DNA of 64,000 nt, taken from Octopus bimaculoides (taxonomy: Eukaryota). Made by a program: the position numbers and the translations under genes. Each line of letters opens with the position of its first letter. Positions within the stretch are counted from its first letter, which is position 1. Where the stretch lies: assembly GCF_001194135.2 (NCBI RefSeq), contig NC_068991.1, forward strand, positions 64,178,103 to 64,242,102. The letters are read 5' to 3'. The notes beneath the pieces were generated by a model. It made no database searches. It was not told the origin of the DNA and saw only the letters and a program-made list of their open reading frames with translations. Of the stretch, positions 14,160-25,674 are shown piece after piece.

Positions 14160-14960
14160 TAGAGAAGAGAACCTTTGTACAGTTGTGGAAAGTAGCTGCC
14201 CAGCGGATGTTAACATAAAGCTGAAGATCAGTGAAAAAGAGAACACCTATGCTGAACTATTGAGAAATCTGCACTTACTCAATCCAGGTTACAAGCTCAG
14301 GTTTATACCTGTAATTATTGGGGCTTTGGGATATGTAACACATAGCCTAAATATAAATCTTGTGAAATTAGGCTTCTCAAAACCAGAAAGGAGAAAGCTA
14401 ATTCGAAGACTACAGATCCAATCCATCACTGGAACTGTAAAAATCTGTAAAACTTTCCAGAAGTTCATCATTGAAATATATATATGAGCATGTCTAGATA
14501 TGTAACTATATGCATGAGAATACATATATAAAACATGCAAATCTGCACATATATACATACATATATGCATGCCTCAGAACTATGCATTCAATAAAACAAT
14601 GGCAGTGACGGTACTCATGCCAGCATTTGGCTTGCTTGATTCGACGCTTGTTGAGAAGCAATTGACGTGAAAACCCGACAAATACTAACAAGCACACATA
14701 ATTTTCAAATAAACAGTGACGTTGACCGCCTCTACCTAAAACGTAAACAAGGCGGCAGAGGCTTAAGATCGATATGTAACTATATGCATGAGAATACATA
14801 CATGAAACATGAAACTATGCACATACATACATACATATATACATACATACATACATACATACCCTGTTGTTGATGTTGAAATTCCAATGACGGAACCTGG
14901 GATCTAGGTTAAAAAAGGTTCTTTCTCCGTTGCCAAGAAATCTTGAAATAAACTGAATAA
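14160..14960 (+). mobile_element. 5'-truncated, rearranged R4/Dong-like (RLE) non-LTR retrotransposon
   Basis: 14170-14475 encodes a C-terminal RLE region (VESSCPADVN..EKENTYAELL..FIPVIIGALG..KICKTF). 14650-14770 encodes IDVKTRQILT..NSDVDRLYLKRKQGGRGL, a post-RT motif. The putative 3' UTR ends 'gaaataaactgaataa'. Confidence 0.85.
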
Positions 14961-15005
14961 TGACAAACATACGTACGTGGACACATGACAAACATACATA
15001 CGTAG

Positions 15006-15036
<31 letters not shown>

Positions 15037-15058
15037 CATACATACATACATACATACA
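14820..15058. repeat. (CATA)n microsatellites in and after the LINE 3' UTR
   Basis: Directly visible. Confidence 0.85.
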
Positions 15059-15801
15059 AAAGCTTCATTGCATACAAATCTTTAATGATTGCATGGTTAT
15101 ATAATGAAGAGAATAGGTTCGGGTTATATAGATTTTGTAATATACAATGTGACACTCTAATTATATCCGGGACTAATTAAAATGCTACAGAAAAGAGGAC
15201 CAGCGAAAATTGTACTTTCAAGAAATATTCTTTCTGTTTTGATGTCTAAATTTGCCGATATTCATAATATTATTTCATGGAGTTAAAGGTATCGATTACG
15301 TCTTCCATTTCCTATGAAGTTAAGTTTGCTTTAAGAACAACGGTCGAATAAACTTCGTATCAAGTAGAATAATATCACTGATAAGAATTGGCGCTGAATG
15401 AATTATCCATAATTTGCCTCCCAAACGGTGACTGCCTACTTTGCTTAAGTATCTAAAATTGGTTCTCTGTTAATGAAAATTGAATTTAGATTGTCTGAAA
15501 GGGTACGCGGCACTTTAGGTCTGATTCAGCGCTGACTTATTTGAATCGGACTTTTTCATGTTTATCTCGTTTGAATGTTCCTCTCGTTTTCCTAACCCTT
15601 TCTCTCTCTCCCTCGGTTAATGTGTGTGAGCTTCTTTCTCTGTGGGTATGAAGAAGGTAAACTGTCAAGGTCAATAATGTTCAGTTAATTAATTGTAATT
15701 TCTGTCTCCTCCCTCTCTCACTCTTTCCATCTCTCTCTGTATCTCTCTCTCTCTCTCTCATTGTCTCTGTCTGTCTGTCTGTTTCTTTCTCTCTCTCTCT
15801 T

Positions 15802-15836
<35 letters not shown>

Positions 15837-15857
15837 ATATATATATATATGTATATA

Positions 15858-17068
15858 TAGGGTTGGAAACAATATAATGGAAACACCTAGCATCATAGCA
15901 TCATAATTTTGTAATATCTATAAAACCATCAAACGCTATTTATTTTTATGTTTCGTGATTTATTATTAATGTTGCTTAATACGTTTTGATAAATGGCTGT
16001 TTCTTTTCAGATATCAGAAAAAGGTAATTAAAATTCATTAAAATGACAGATCTATCGGGCTTTCAAAGAGGTCAAATTGTTGGTGCTCGTAAGGCATGTG
16101 CTAGCGTAACGGAAGCTGCCGAACTATTTGGTGTATCAAGAAGTACTGTCTCGAAAGTAATGACTGGCTTTGAGAAAAAGGCAAAACCTCTTCGTCGAAA
16201 CAAAACTCCGGAAGAAAACCAAATCTTTCAGATAGGGACTGTTGGACTCTTACGCGAATTGTTAGAAAGTATCACAAATGTACAGCTCCCAAAATTACTG
16301 CAGAGCTTAATGACCACCTCTAGAACCTTGTTTCGACAAAAGCTGTTCCTCGGGAGCTGCACAAAGCAGAATTTCATGGGCGGGCAGAAATCTGAAAACC
16401 ACTACTTTCAAAAACAAATGTTGCAAAACTTTTAGAATGGAGTAAAAAACCTACAGAATTGATCCCTAGAGCAGTGGAAGAATGTAATTTTGTCGAGCGA
16501 GTCATCTTTTACCTTATTTCCGACCACAGGACGCGTATACGTGTGGAGACAACCAAAAGAATCATTTCACCTTGACTACCGTCTTCCATCTATTAAACAT
16601 GGAAGAGGATCTGTGATGATCTGGGGGAGGGCTATATCTTGGAAATCCGCCAGCCCAGTGATTTCCCTTCGTGGCAGAATTAATAGTCAAGACTTATCAA
16701 ATTTATCTTATGGTTGCAGAGCTGTTTCCGGGGAGAAACGCAATATTTCAGGATTAAAGTTGTTCCTAGTGAAGTTGAATATCTTATCTGGCCACCACAG
16801 TCCCCAGATCTCAATATTATTGAACATTTATGTTGCATTTTAGAAAAACAAATAACGAGTCAATAGCCTCCACTATTATCACTACAAGAACTAGGGACTA
16901 TTTTAGCTAAAGAATGGACTAAAATTCCTTTGGAAATAATTGAAACTTTGTACGAGTCCATTCCTCGTAGAATTCAGGCTGTAATTACTGCCAAAGCCGG
17001 TCCTACCCCATATTAAAATAAATTTGCTTGAAATTTGAAGGTGTTTCCGTTATTTTGTCTAACTCCTG
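15858..17068 (+). mobile_element. Tc1-type DNA transposon, full span (about 1.2 kb), DD36E/Incomer-like, inactive
   Basis: TIRs 'tagggttggaaacaatataatggaaacacct' and 'aggtgtttccgttattttgtctaactcctg', each flanked by TA; internal transposase remnant. Confidence 0.92.
16043..17016 (+). pseudogene. Tc1 transposase pseudogene (frameshifts, stops, internal deletions)
   Basis: MTDLSGFQRGQIVGAR..GVSRSTVSKV (HTH), ESSFTLFPTTGRVYVWRQPKE, KHGRGSVMIWG, LIWPPQSPDLNIIEH, ESIPRRIQAVITAKAGPTPY*. Confidence 0.92.
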
Positions 17069-17131
17069 TATGTATGTATGTATACACATATATGCGTGTG
17101 TATGTGTGAGTGTGTGTGTGTGTGTGTGTGC

Positions 17132-17171
<40 letters not shown>

Positions 17172-17561
17172 CCGTGTGTCCAGTACCAAAATGTATTATC
17201 GCCTAGACAGATTGAATGTCCAGTCAGCCGATCTAAATCACCAACAAACAAACAGCTGCGGTCAACCATCTCATTCCCATTTGAAAACTCTTCAATGTTC
17301 CACCGCCTACATTCAGATAAAAAGCAAGGGGAAACAACAGACCGGTAAGTGAGATCTTCAAGTAGCTGCAACATAATTCGAAAAATTTCACTTTCCCATC
17401 ATTTATTATCGACGACATATGACTGTAATGTGTACTTATAAAGGTACACTTGTATGGTGGATGGGGAAGATAATGCAAAAAAATTAGGAAGGGAGCGAGA
17501 GAGAGAAAGGGAGTACCATTAGTTTGCGTGTGCTGTTGAGTGTTGGTACATAATTTAATTG

Positions 17562-17604
<43 letters not shown>

Positions 17605-17838
17605 NNNNNNNNNNNNNNNNNNNNNNNNNNNNNNNNNNNNNNNNNNNNNNNNNNNNNNNNNNNNNNNNNNNNNNNNNNNNNNNNNNNNNNNNNNNNNNNN
17701 NNNNNNNNNNNNNNNNNNNNNNATGGTATTAAGTTATACATGGCCTGGACCAATACTGGCCGAAACCTATCAAAGTATATATGTATACACGCACACACAC
17801 GCACGCACACACACACACATACACACACACACACACAC

Positions 17839-17876
<38 letters not shown>

Positions 17877-17884
17877 TATATATA

Positions 17885-18767
17885 CGTGGTTTGATCAGTA
17901 TCCGTCCGGACTGTTGCCATAGTAACGAAGCTAATGTACGCAAAGTAAAGCCGCTTTTCACAGACTGACCTTATACTCTGCTGTGCATGTGCACTAACTT
18001 TTAATGTTCTAGTTCACTTCTGTTGTTTAAACCAGTGCTTGGAAGGAACGTGTGTAGCGTGTGATCGTCATATTAACCATTACAGGGAATGTTGAGCTGA
18101 GAATCTGCATCATATTTTGCCTAAAGTTTGGCGATACATGCTCAGACGCTTATGCAAAGTTTTCAAAAATTTTTCATCGTTCTCGACACAATCAAGGAGA
18201 ACTTGTGCAATTGAATCCCAAATGTCTTTTTGGTCAGCTGAAAGCAGCTTTGAGATAAATTTCTTTCATACCCGTCTCATACCCAAATCTTCAGTGATAC
18301 TGCACTGAACTGAACGGTAACTAATCTGCATATCCTTTGATAACACACGGATAGTGATTCGACGGTTTCCTCTCACAACTGCACGCACATCTGCAATGTT
18401 TTCCTTAGTTCTGCTGGTTGCAAGTCTCCCGGAATGTTCGTCAATATCGACATTTTTCGGCCAACTTGGAAACGTCTGAACCACTCAAACACTTGTTTGC
18501 GGTTCATACACTCTCCTCCATACACCTTCTGCAACCTTGCGTAGGCCTCTGAGCAGGTGTCACCATGAAAACTTTCTCTGTCATTGTCAATGCGACGATT
18601 ACACGCTACATACCTTCCTTCCCAGCACTGCTGTAAACAGCAGAAATGAGCTAGTGTTCAATGTCAATGAGCAGAGTTCAATGTCAATCTGAGCCAAGCA
18701 GTTTTAGTCTGTGTGCTTTAGCTTCGTTGTTATGGTAACAGCCCGGATACTTATTGATCTGACCTCG
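17885..18767. mobile_element. Mariner derivative made of two inward-facing 5' ends (5'-5' fold-back element)
   Basis: About 50-bp TIRs flanked by TA. + strand 18080-18160 encodes ELRICIIFCLKFGDTCSDAYAK. - strand 18575-18160 encodes GDTCSEAYARLQKVYGEECMNRKQVFEWFRRF..GNRRITIR..LGMRRV..LLDCVENDEKFLKTL. Confidence 0.88.
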
Positions 18768-18792
18768 TACATACCTAATACACACACGTATA

Positions 18793-18934
18793 GGCGCAGG
18801 CCTGGCTGTGTGGTAAGGAGCTTGCTTCCCAACCACGCCACATGGTTGCGGGTTCAGTCCCACTGCGTGGCAGCTTGGGCCCGACCAAAACTTACCGAGT
18901 GGATTTGGTAGGTGGAAACTGAAAGAAGACCGTC

Positions 18935-18935
<1 letters not shown>
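18793..18935 (+). mobile_element. SINE family A, 5' half (tRNA-like head plus CORE-like segment)
   Basis: 'ggcgcaggcctggctgtgtggtaag' (A box), 'gggttcagtcccactg' (B box), ends 'gaaactgaaagaagaccgtcg' followed by (TA)n. Confidence 0.85.
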
Positions 18936-18968
<33 letters not shown>

Positions 18969-19616
18969 TTGTATTTTTTTCTGATAAATTTTATTCTGAA
19001 TTCAACCCCCACCGAAGGTAAGTTTATTTTAACACTTTCCGGTGTCGATCAAATACAGCATGAAACAAGTGTTGGAATAGGTGGTAATCAATCCTCCACT
19101 GCAATCAAACGTGGAAAATGTCCGTTGCGGTCCTTGTTTCGTTATATTCACAGTTACATTTATCTTTCATACATTCGGAGACGATAAAATATATCAGTAG
19201 ATTACTTGCGTCACTTTCATCACTCTCTCTTCAAAATTGCTGGCGTTGTGCTAAGAATATGGAGATTTTTGAAAGACAATTGAACTGGGACGCCACCAAC
19301 ATTGATGCACACAAACGCACACACACACATACACACACGTGTATATATGTGCATGTATGTCTGTATTTATAACATGTGTGTAAATTTGTTATTCTGTGCG
19401 GATGTATTATTCATTCGCTATAGAGAATCATGTCACAAGGCAGAACACTTTGAGCTAAGAATAAATAAATGCATGATTCCGTTTACGCTTAAAATATTTA
19501 TGTTTGAAATATGTTGTTTTCAGAAAACGGAGTGACTTTATTATGGTATAACACACACACACACACACACACACACATTACATTGTGTGCATATATATGC
19601 GAATATGATAAAATAT

Positions 19617-19630
19617 CTCTCTATCTATCC

Positions 19631-19673
<43 letters not shown>

Positions 19674-19674
19674 C

Positions 19675-19719
<45 letters not shown>

Positions 19720-19742
19720 GGTAGCTAGCTAGCTATCTATAT
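19617..19742. repeat. (TCTA)n tetranucleotide microsatellite
   Basis: Directly visible. Confidence 0.95.
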
Positions 19743-21556
19743 GGACAGGGAGTTGATAATTTTATCAAATCGTTTATAAATGATTCTATAAATGATTTGT
19801 CACAAATATATTACGATTTCATTATATTTTCATTAGCTCTACTGGTGCTGTATATCTATATGTGTGTGTGTGGGTGTATGTGTCTTTGTGTGTGCGTGTG
19901 TGTGTGTGCGTGTGTGTGTGTGCTGTATGCGCATTGTGTCATATTATCGTCATTGCTCTTCTGAAAAACCCACATTTCTAGCAGCTGTTTTTTTTGTTGT
20001 TTTTTTTTTAGCCCAACCAGAATCATGCATTTATTTGTTCTCAGCTCTACGTGTTTTGCCTTTCGACATGCTGCTCAGTAATGAATGAATAATACATCCG
20101 CATGAAACACACAGCTATACACATGTATACATACATACATACATACATACACATGTATACATACATTTATATATATATATATATAAATACACACACACAC
20201 ACACATATATGCATACATGCATACAAACATATATACATACATAGATTCAAACACAAGTACGTACATACACACATACACACATACATGCATAGATACATAT
20301 GATAGACAATGAGTAAGAGAACTATAGTTAGAGAGAAAAATGCGTATGTATATTTGACGCTCATTTTTGCATATGTGAATATAAGTGTATTCCTTGATTG
20401 CATTTATGTAATTAGAGAAACTGATGATAAAGATTTATGGAAGATTTATACACATTCTTAATTAAATTTCCCTGTGCAGAAACAAATCTAATTTGATTCA
20501 TAGCTTTGCATATATTAATACTAATTTGGCTAAATATAATTTATTGCATCGAAAATTTATACGCATCTCCATCATCTTCTACGTACAAATACGTGCGCAC
20601 GCCTCTGCATTTGTTTACATTTTATGAGTCTATTTATTTACGTGCGGCCAGATAATATGCATGCAGCGTTACGAGGTGGAAGTTTTATGCATAGATATGT
20701 ATCTATTAATAGTTAAAATGTATATAAATACTATAGATGCGTTTATTTTTCATTCCTCTTATTATTGTCATTAACAGAAATCCTCATTAAAAGTTCGCAG
20801 ATAAAAATAAATTACAGTGATTTGATTTTCCATAAGGTGTGAATAACCAACGATTCGATCATTTTGTCAATCTTAGACGAAAACAAAAATAAACATAAAT
20901 AAATGCCAAATATCAAACAAGCGAATGATAAACTCGAGGTCAATGTTGATGGAGAAGTGAGAGGTAAAGGACAAGGTAACTCGCGCTTTACCTTTCGCTC
21001 TGCCCTTCTGTCCCAACGCTGATCTCTCGTCCCTCTTTCGGTTCTTAGCATCCGATCTATAAGCCTCTATCTTTGAAAAGTGTTATTGTGTTATGTTTCG
21101 TAAGAGTAGGATAAATGGGACAATTTGCTGAACTTTGATAAACAGCTCACTTCTCTTATAAAGAAAAAAATATATCTCAGAATTTCATACAAATTGGATT
21201 AGGGCCATCTAATTATTGAACAATTAATGAAAAAGCATGTGAAATAATAAGAAAGCCAACTATGACAGCCATCTGATTAAATAAAGTAGAAAATTGTGAT
21301 TTATTGAATGGTGAAATGAATCAGGTCCCAGCGGAATTTGAATGCAGAGTGCAAAGTGTCGGAACAAGTACGACATGGAGGCCTGTTCAACACTATTAGT
21401 TCAGCCAGTCCATTGACGTTGATTGATACTTTATCGATTTCAGAAATATGATAGCAAAACTTGACTTCGAGAATATTTCAATTAGTTCAGATCACAAACC
21501 CTTGATTGCTCACTTCTCACGACAAAACATTTTATCAAAAATCTTTTATTTATATG

Positions 21557-21572
21557 TGTATTATTATTATTA

Positions 21573-21622
<50 letters not shown>

Positions 21623-21651
21623 GCTGTTGTTGTTGTTGTTGTTGTTGTTGT
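21557..21651. repeat. (ATT)n-(GTT)n compound microsatellite
   Basis: Directly visible. Confidence 0.95.
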
Positions 21652-22008
21652 TTCATTTCAGTGTAACTTTATTTCAGCTACCTTAGTACCGAGCATCTTC
21701 CGGAGGCCAAGAGTCGCAAAGGTATTTTTGTTTTGCAACGCATCCTAAAATTATTACTACCTTTATTCCATTTTAGATAGCGAGTGCTTTCCGTAGTTTA
21801 TGGGTTGTATCCATCAAGGTTATCTTTTGTAGTTCACCGAGATTGGAGTCAGATCCCTATTTTATCATTCCCAGCGCACCATTTATTACTGGTATTATCG
21901 TAGTACTAAGTTTCTACATTTTTATGATTTCAATTTGCAGATCTTTATCGTGGGAAAGCTTTTCGTATTCTTGTCTTGAGACATTTTGAAATTGTGGGAC
22001 AGACATAT

Positions 22009-22210
22009 CTATTAGGAGACAAGGCCCTCTGTTGTAATCCTTGATTACAACGTCCGGTCGATTACAGTCAGCTTTACTGTCTGTTCGTATTGGGAAGTTC
22101 TATTAAGAGACGAGGCCTTCTGTTGTTATCCTTGATCACAACGTCCGGTCGATTACAGTCAGCTTTACTGTCTGTTCGTATTGGGAAGTTCTATTGAGAG
22201 ACAAGGCCCT
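22009..22210. repeat. 91-bp tandem repeat, about 2.2 copies
   Basis: Units start at 22009, 22100 and 22191 ('ctatt..gagac.aggcc.tctgttgt.atccttgat.acaacgtccggtcgattacagtcagctttactgtctgttcgtattgggaagtt'). Confidence 0.93.
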
Positions 22211-22212
22211 AT

Positions 22213-22257
<45 letters not shown>

Positions 22258-22258
<1 letters not shown>

Positions 22259-22833
22259 GAGGGTGAGTCAAAAAAGTAATGCCATTTTGTTTAGGACAGG
22301 TATAATTACCAACACAGTAATATGTATCATACATCAAAGTGAAGCTGGTCTTCTATGGAGCACATCCCTACTTCTCAGCATAGTCACCGTTTCTCTCAAT
22401 AGCAGTCTTCCACCTTCGAATGAGGGCATGTATCCCTACCCCGTAAAAATTCTGTTGACTGTTCTTTGAACCACTTCTTCACTACAGTTTTCACTTCCTC
22501 GTCACTGGAATAATTTAGCACCTTCAGACTCACCATATTTAGCGCCTTCAGACTATCATCTCTTCAGCCCCATGATAGAGGGTTTCAGAGGCAAACATTA
22601 TTCTATCAGTGACGAGGAAGTGAAAACTGTAGTGAAGAAGTGGCTCAAAGAACAGTCAACAGAATTTTACGGGGCAAGGATGCATGCTCTCATTTGAAGG
22701 TAGAACATTACTATTGAGAGAAACGGTGACTATGTTGAAAAGTAGGGATGTGATCCACAGAGGACCAGCTTCATTTTGATGTATGATACATGTTTCGATC
22801 TTGGTGATTACCTGTCCTAAACANNNNNNNNNN
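22258..22833. mobile_element. Palindromic mariner MITE made of two 3' ends (3'-3' fold-back)
   Basis: Left TIR TA|cgagggtgagtcaaaaaagtaatgcc. Arms 22288-22507 and 22607-22823 are inverted copies encoding SDEEVKTVVKKWLKEQSTEFY..ERNGDYVEK*. The spacer holds LAPSDYHLF. The right TIR is presumably under the 10-N gap. Confidence 0.92.
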
Positions 22834-22850
22834 ATATATATATATATATA

Positions 22851-23010
22851 TACAACGAGCTTCGATACTATATCTGTCCACTAAATTCACTGACATGATA
22901 TTTGTCGACGCGGTGTCACAGTGGAAGACTGTGGCACCGCGGTGACGCGCAATGGGATTGAACCCAAATTCCAAAATCTAATGGTTGCACAATAAACTTC
23001 TTAAGCTCAC
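22851..23010 (-). mobile_element. SINE family A, degenerate 5' half
   Basis: 'aaattcact..','cgcaatgggattgaaccc','aataaacttctta' match the reverse complement of the family head. Confidence 0.55.
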
Positions 23011-23379
23011 ACTGATATCATCGTCAGTTTCGAAAATATTGTGTCGACAACAACAACATCAACAACAAAAGATGCCCTTGATTGTACTTAATGGAAACAT
23101 GTGAGACGATGTGTCTAATCTTAATATTAATTTTTTAAATGTTTATGATAACATCATTAAAGATTATTAACTATTACTATAGTTACTTAAATTCTTCTAG
23201 AGTAAAACGTTAGGCAAGCGCATTAATTGAATATCAAGATAGTAAAACGTCATATGAAAGAGAGTCTTAATTATTAATAGGTCATAGTAATTAGCAATTT
23301 AGTGTTCATGCTTTAGTAGAAAATCTAGGGTATTTTAGAAGCAATATTTTATGTCGTTGTTATTGGGATCCTATCCTCC

Positions 23380-23467
23380 TCATCATCATCATATCATCAT
23401 CATCATCATCATCATCATCGTCGTCGTCATCATCATCATCATTATTATCATCATCATCATCATCATT

Positions 23468-23509
<42 letters not shown>

Positions 23510-23519
23510 GTCGTCGTCG

Positions 23520-23566
<47 letters not shown>

Positions 23567-23590
23567 GTCGTCGTCGTCGTCATCATCATC
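23380..23590. repeat. (ATC)n/(GTC)n/(ATT)n compound microsatellite
   Basis: Directly visible. Confidence 0.95.
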
Positions 23591-23680
23591 AAAAACAGTG
23601 CGACTACCGTTGCTATCACCAATTTTAACACCAACACTACACTTGCAGTGATTACATCAGGATTATTGTCATCTAAATAT

Positions 23681-24705
23681 CCCTCCTCCTCCTCCTGTGC
23701 TTTCCTCCTCCCCTTTCCCTCCCCTTCCTCTTCCACTTCCTCTTCCTCCCTCTCTCCACCTCTTGCTCCTTTTCTCCCTCTTCCCCTTCACTTCCGCCTC
23801 CACTTCCCCTTTCCTCTTCCTCCTCCCCTTCCTCTTTCTCTTCCTTCTCCTCCTCCTCCGCTCCCTCCACCTCTTGCTCCTTTTCTTCCTTTTCTCTTCC
23901 GCCTCCACTTCCTCTCCCTCTTCCTCTTTCTCTTCCTTCTCTTCCTCCTCCTCTCCCTCCACCTCTTGCCCCTTTTCTTCTCCTTCTCTTCCTCCTCCTC
24001 TCCCTCTACCTCTTGCTCCTTTTCTTCCCCTTCTCTCCCCCCTCCCTTTCCTCTTTCCCTCTTCCTCCTCCCCTCTCCTCTTTCTCTTTCTTCTCTTCCC
24101 TTCCTCTTCCTTTTTCTCCCTTTTCCTCTCCCAGCTCTTGCTCATTTTTCTCCTCTTCCTCTCTTTCCCTGGCCTTCTCTTCCCCTTCTTTTTATTCTTC
24201 CTCCTCTCCCTCCACCTCTTGCTCCTTTTCTTCCCCTTCTCTCCCTCCTCCCTTTCCTCTCTCCCTCTTCCTCCTCCCCTTTCCTCTTTCTCTTTCTTCT
24301 GTTCCCTCCCTCTTCCTTTTCCTCCCTCTTCCTCTCCCACCTCTTGCTCATTTTTCTCCCCTTCCTCTCTTTTCCTGGCCTTCTCTTCCCCTTCTTTTTA
24401 TTCTTCCTCCTCTCCCTCCACTGCTTGCTCCTTTTCTTTCTCCTCTCCCACTACTCTCTGCTTCTTCCTCCCCTCATTCCCCTCTTCGTTTCTTCCTACC
24501 CTCTTCCCCTCCTCTTTTCTTCTCCCCTTCCACCCCTCCTCTTTTCTTCTCCCCTTCCGCCCCTCCTCTCTTCTCCCTCTACTTCTTCCCCTCTTCCTCC
24601 CTCTTCCCCTCCTCTTCCCCTCCTCTTCCCCTCATACTCCCCTCCACTTCCCCTCCCACTCCCCTCTTCTTCTGCTCTCCCACCCTTCTTTCCCTCCTCC
24701 TCATC
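23681..24705. repeat. About 1-kb polypyrimidine/polypurine tract with a 206-bp higher-order repeat
   Basis: Nearly pure C/T. Anchor motifs recur at exactly 206 bp (24008/24214/24420, 24133/24339, ggcc at 24171/24377). Confidence 0.9.
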
Positions 24706-25069
24706 CACAAAAACACTACCGCCAACATCGCCATCACCGACCTTACATAGTACAGGGCAATTTAGAGACGAGAAATGTTGTCATCGTCAACGTCATCATC
24801 ATCTTCATAATCATGATCATGATCCTCATTAACATCATCAAAAACGTTATTGCCATCATTTTAATCATTGCTAACTCTAACACTAACATTATCATTAGCA
24901 CGCCCTAACTCTGTAATTACGTAACAACATTCGCAATGCGAAGAAATAAAACCTACTGTGAAGGTGAAGGCATTTCAGGTATTTAAATTTAAATTGAATT
25001 CGATTCTTCTCATATATTTCCCTCACAGTGTATGTATCGGTTTTCCTAATTAATCATAATTTTTAGCAC

Positions 25070-25260
25070 AAAATCAACCCTGGTCAAACCGACCTAGGTC
25101 CAAAGATTTCTCTGACAAGACTATTTCGACTCTCTCTCAAACGTAGTTTAATTAGAATTAGATTAAATAATGTTCATCGTTCCTTAAACTGATAGAACGT
25201 ACTTATGAGGAGATTTTGTTACTGCTATTTCTAGCATGTCGAACCTGTGGATCATTGGTG
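25070..25260. repeat. Probable old interspersed repeat (family D), unclassified
   Basis: Weak similarity ('caaag.ttt..', 'ctgctatttctagca') to 51280-51430, plus recollection of a common octopus repeat. Not verifiable here. Confidence 0.35.
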
Positions 25261-25335
25261 TCCTGGTTGTTGTTCTTTTTCCTAACTACCGAGGACAATG
25301 TAGTTCTAGACTATTAAAACTATGTTGTTCTAGAC

Positions 25336-25674
25336 CAGTGGTTCCCAAACTATGAATCTCGACCTACTGATGGGTCGCGAACGGAATCCTAGTGGGTCGC
25401 AAAAAGTTATAAAATTACGCATTAGCTTTGATTAATTGCTGTCTATCGAAATAGTTCAAGACTCATGTTTTCAATACCAGACTGGTTGTTTTATCAAGCA
25501 GTAGGCTTTTTTCACGAACTTAACAAATCAGAGGTGGTCATTTTCTCAAGTTATTTAATTCGTACGTAATCGTAAAAAGGAAAAGTCTGTTTTTGCCCAG
25601 TAGAGTTAAGTGGGTCGCCATAAACTGGTGTCATAAATAGAGGGTCGTGTCTCTAAAAAGTTTGGGAACCACTG
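25336..25674. mobile_element. hAT-Charlie-type MITE (339 bp) with 8-bp TSD
   Basis: Perfect 15-bp TIRs CAGTGGTTCCCAAAC/GTTTGGGAACCACTG. Flanks ttctagac/ttctagaa (7 of 8 match) fit the Charlie NTCTAGAN target preference. Confidence 0.93.

Noticed and set aside
22009-22210. Direct repeats with an internal palindrome, superficially CRISPR-like
   Set aside because: The units are contiguous 91-mers with no unique spacers, no cas genes are present, and the context is eukaryotic.
23351-24908. 493-aa and 403-aa Leu/Pro/Ser/Phe-rich ORFs and antisense Glu/Arg/Gly-rich ORFs
   Set aside because: A C/T-only tract cannot contain stop codons, so these are composition artefacts with no domain or splice support.
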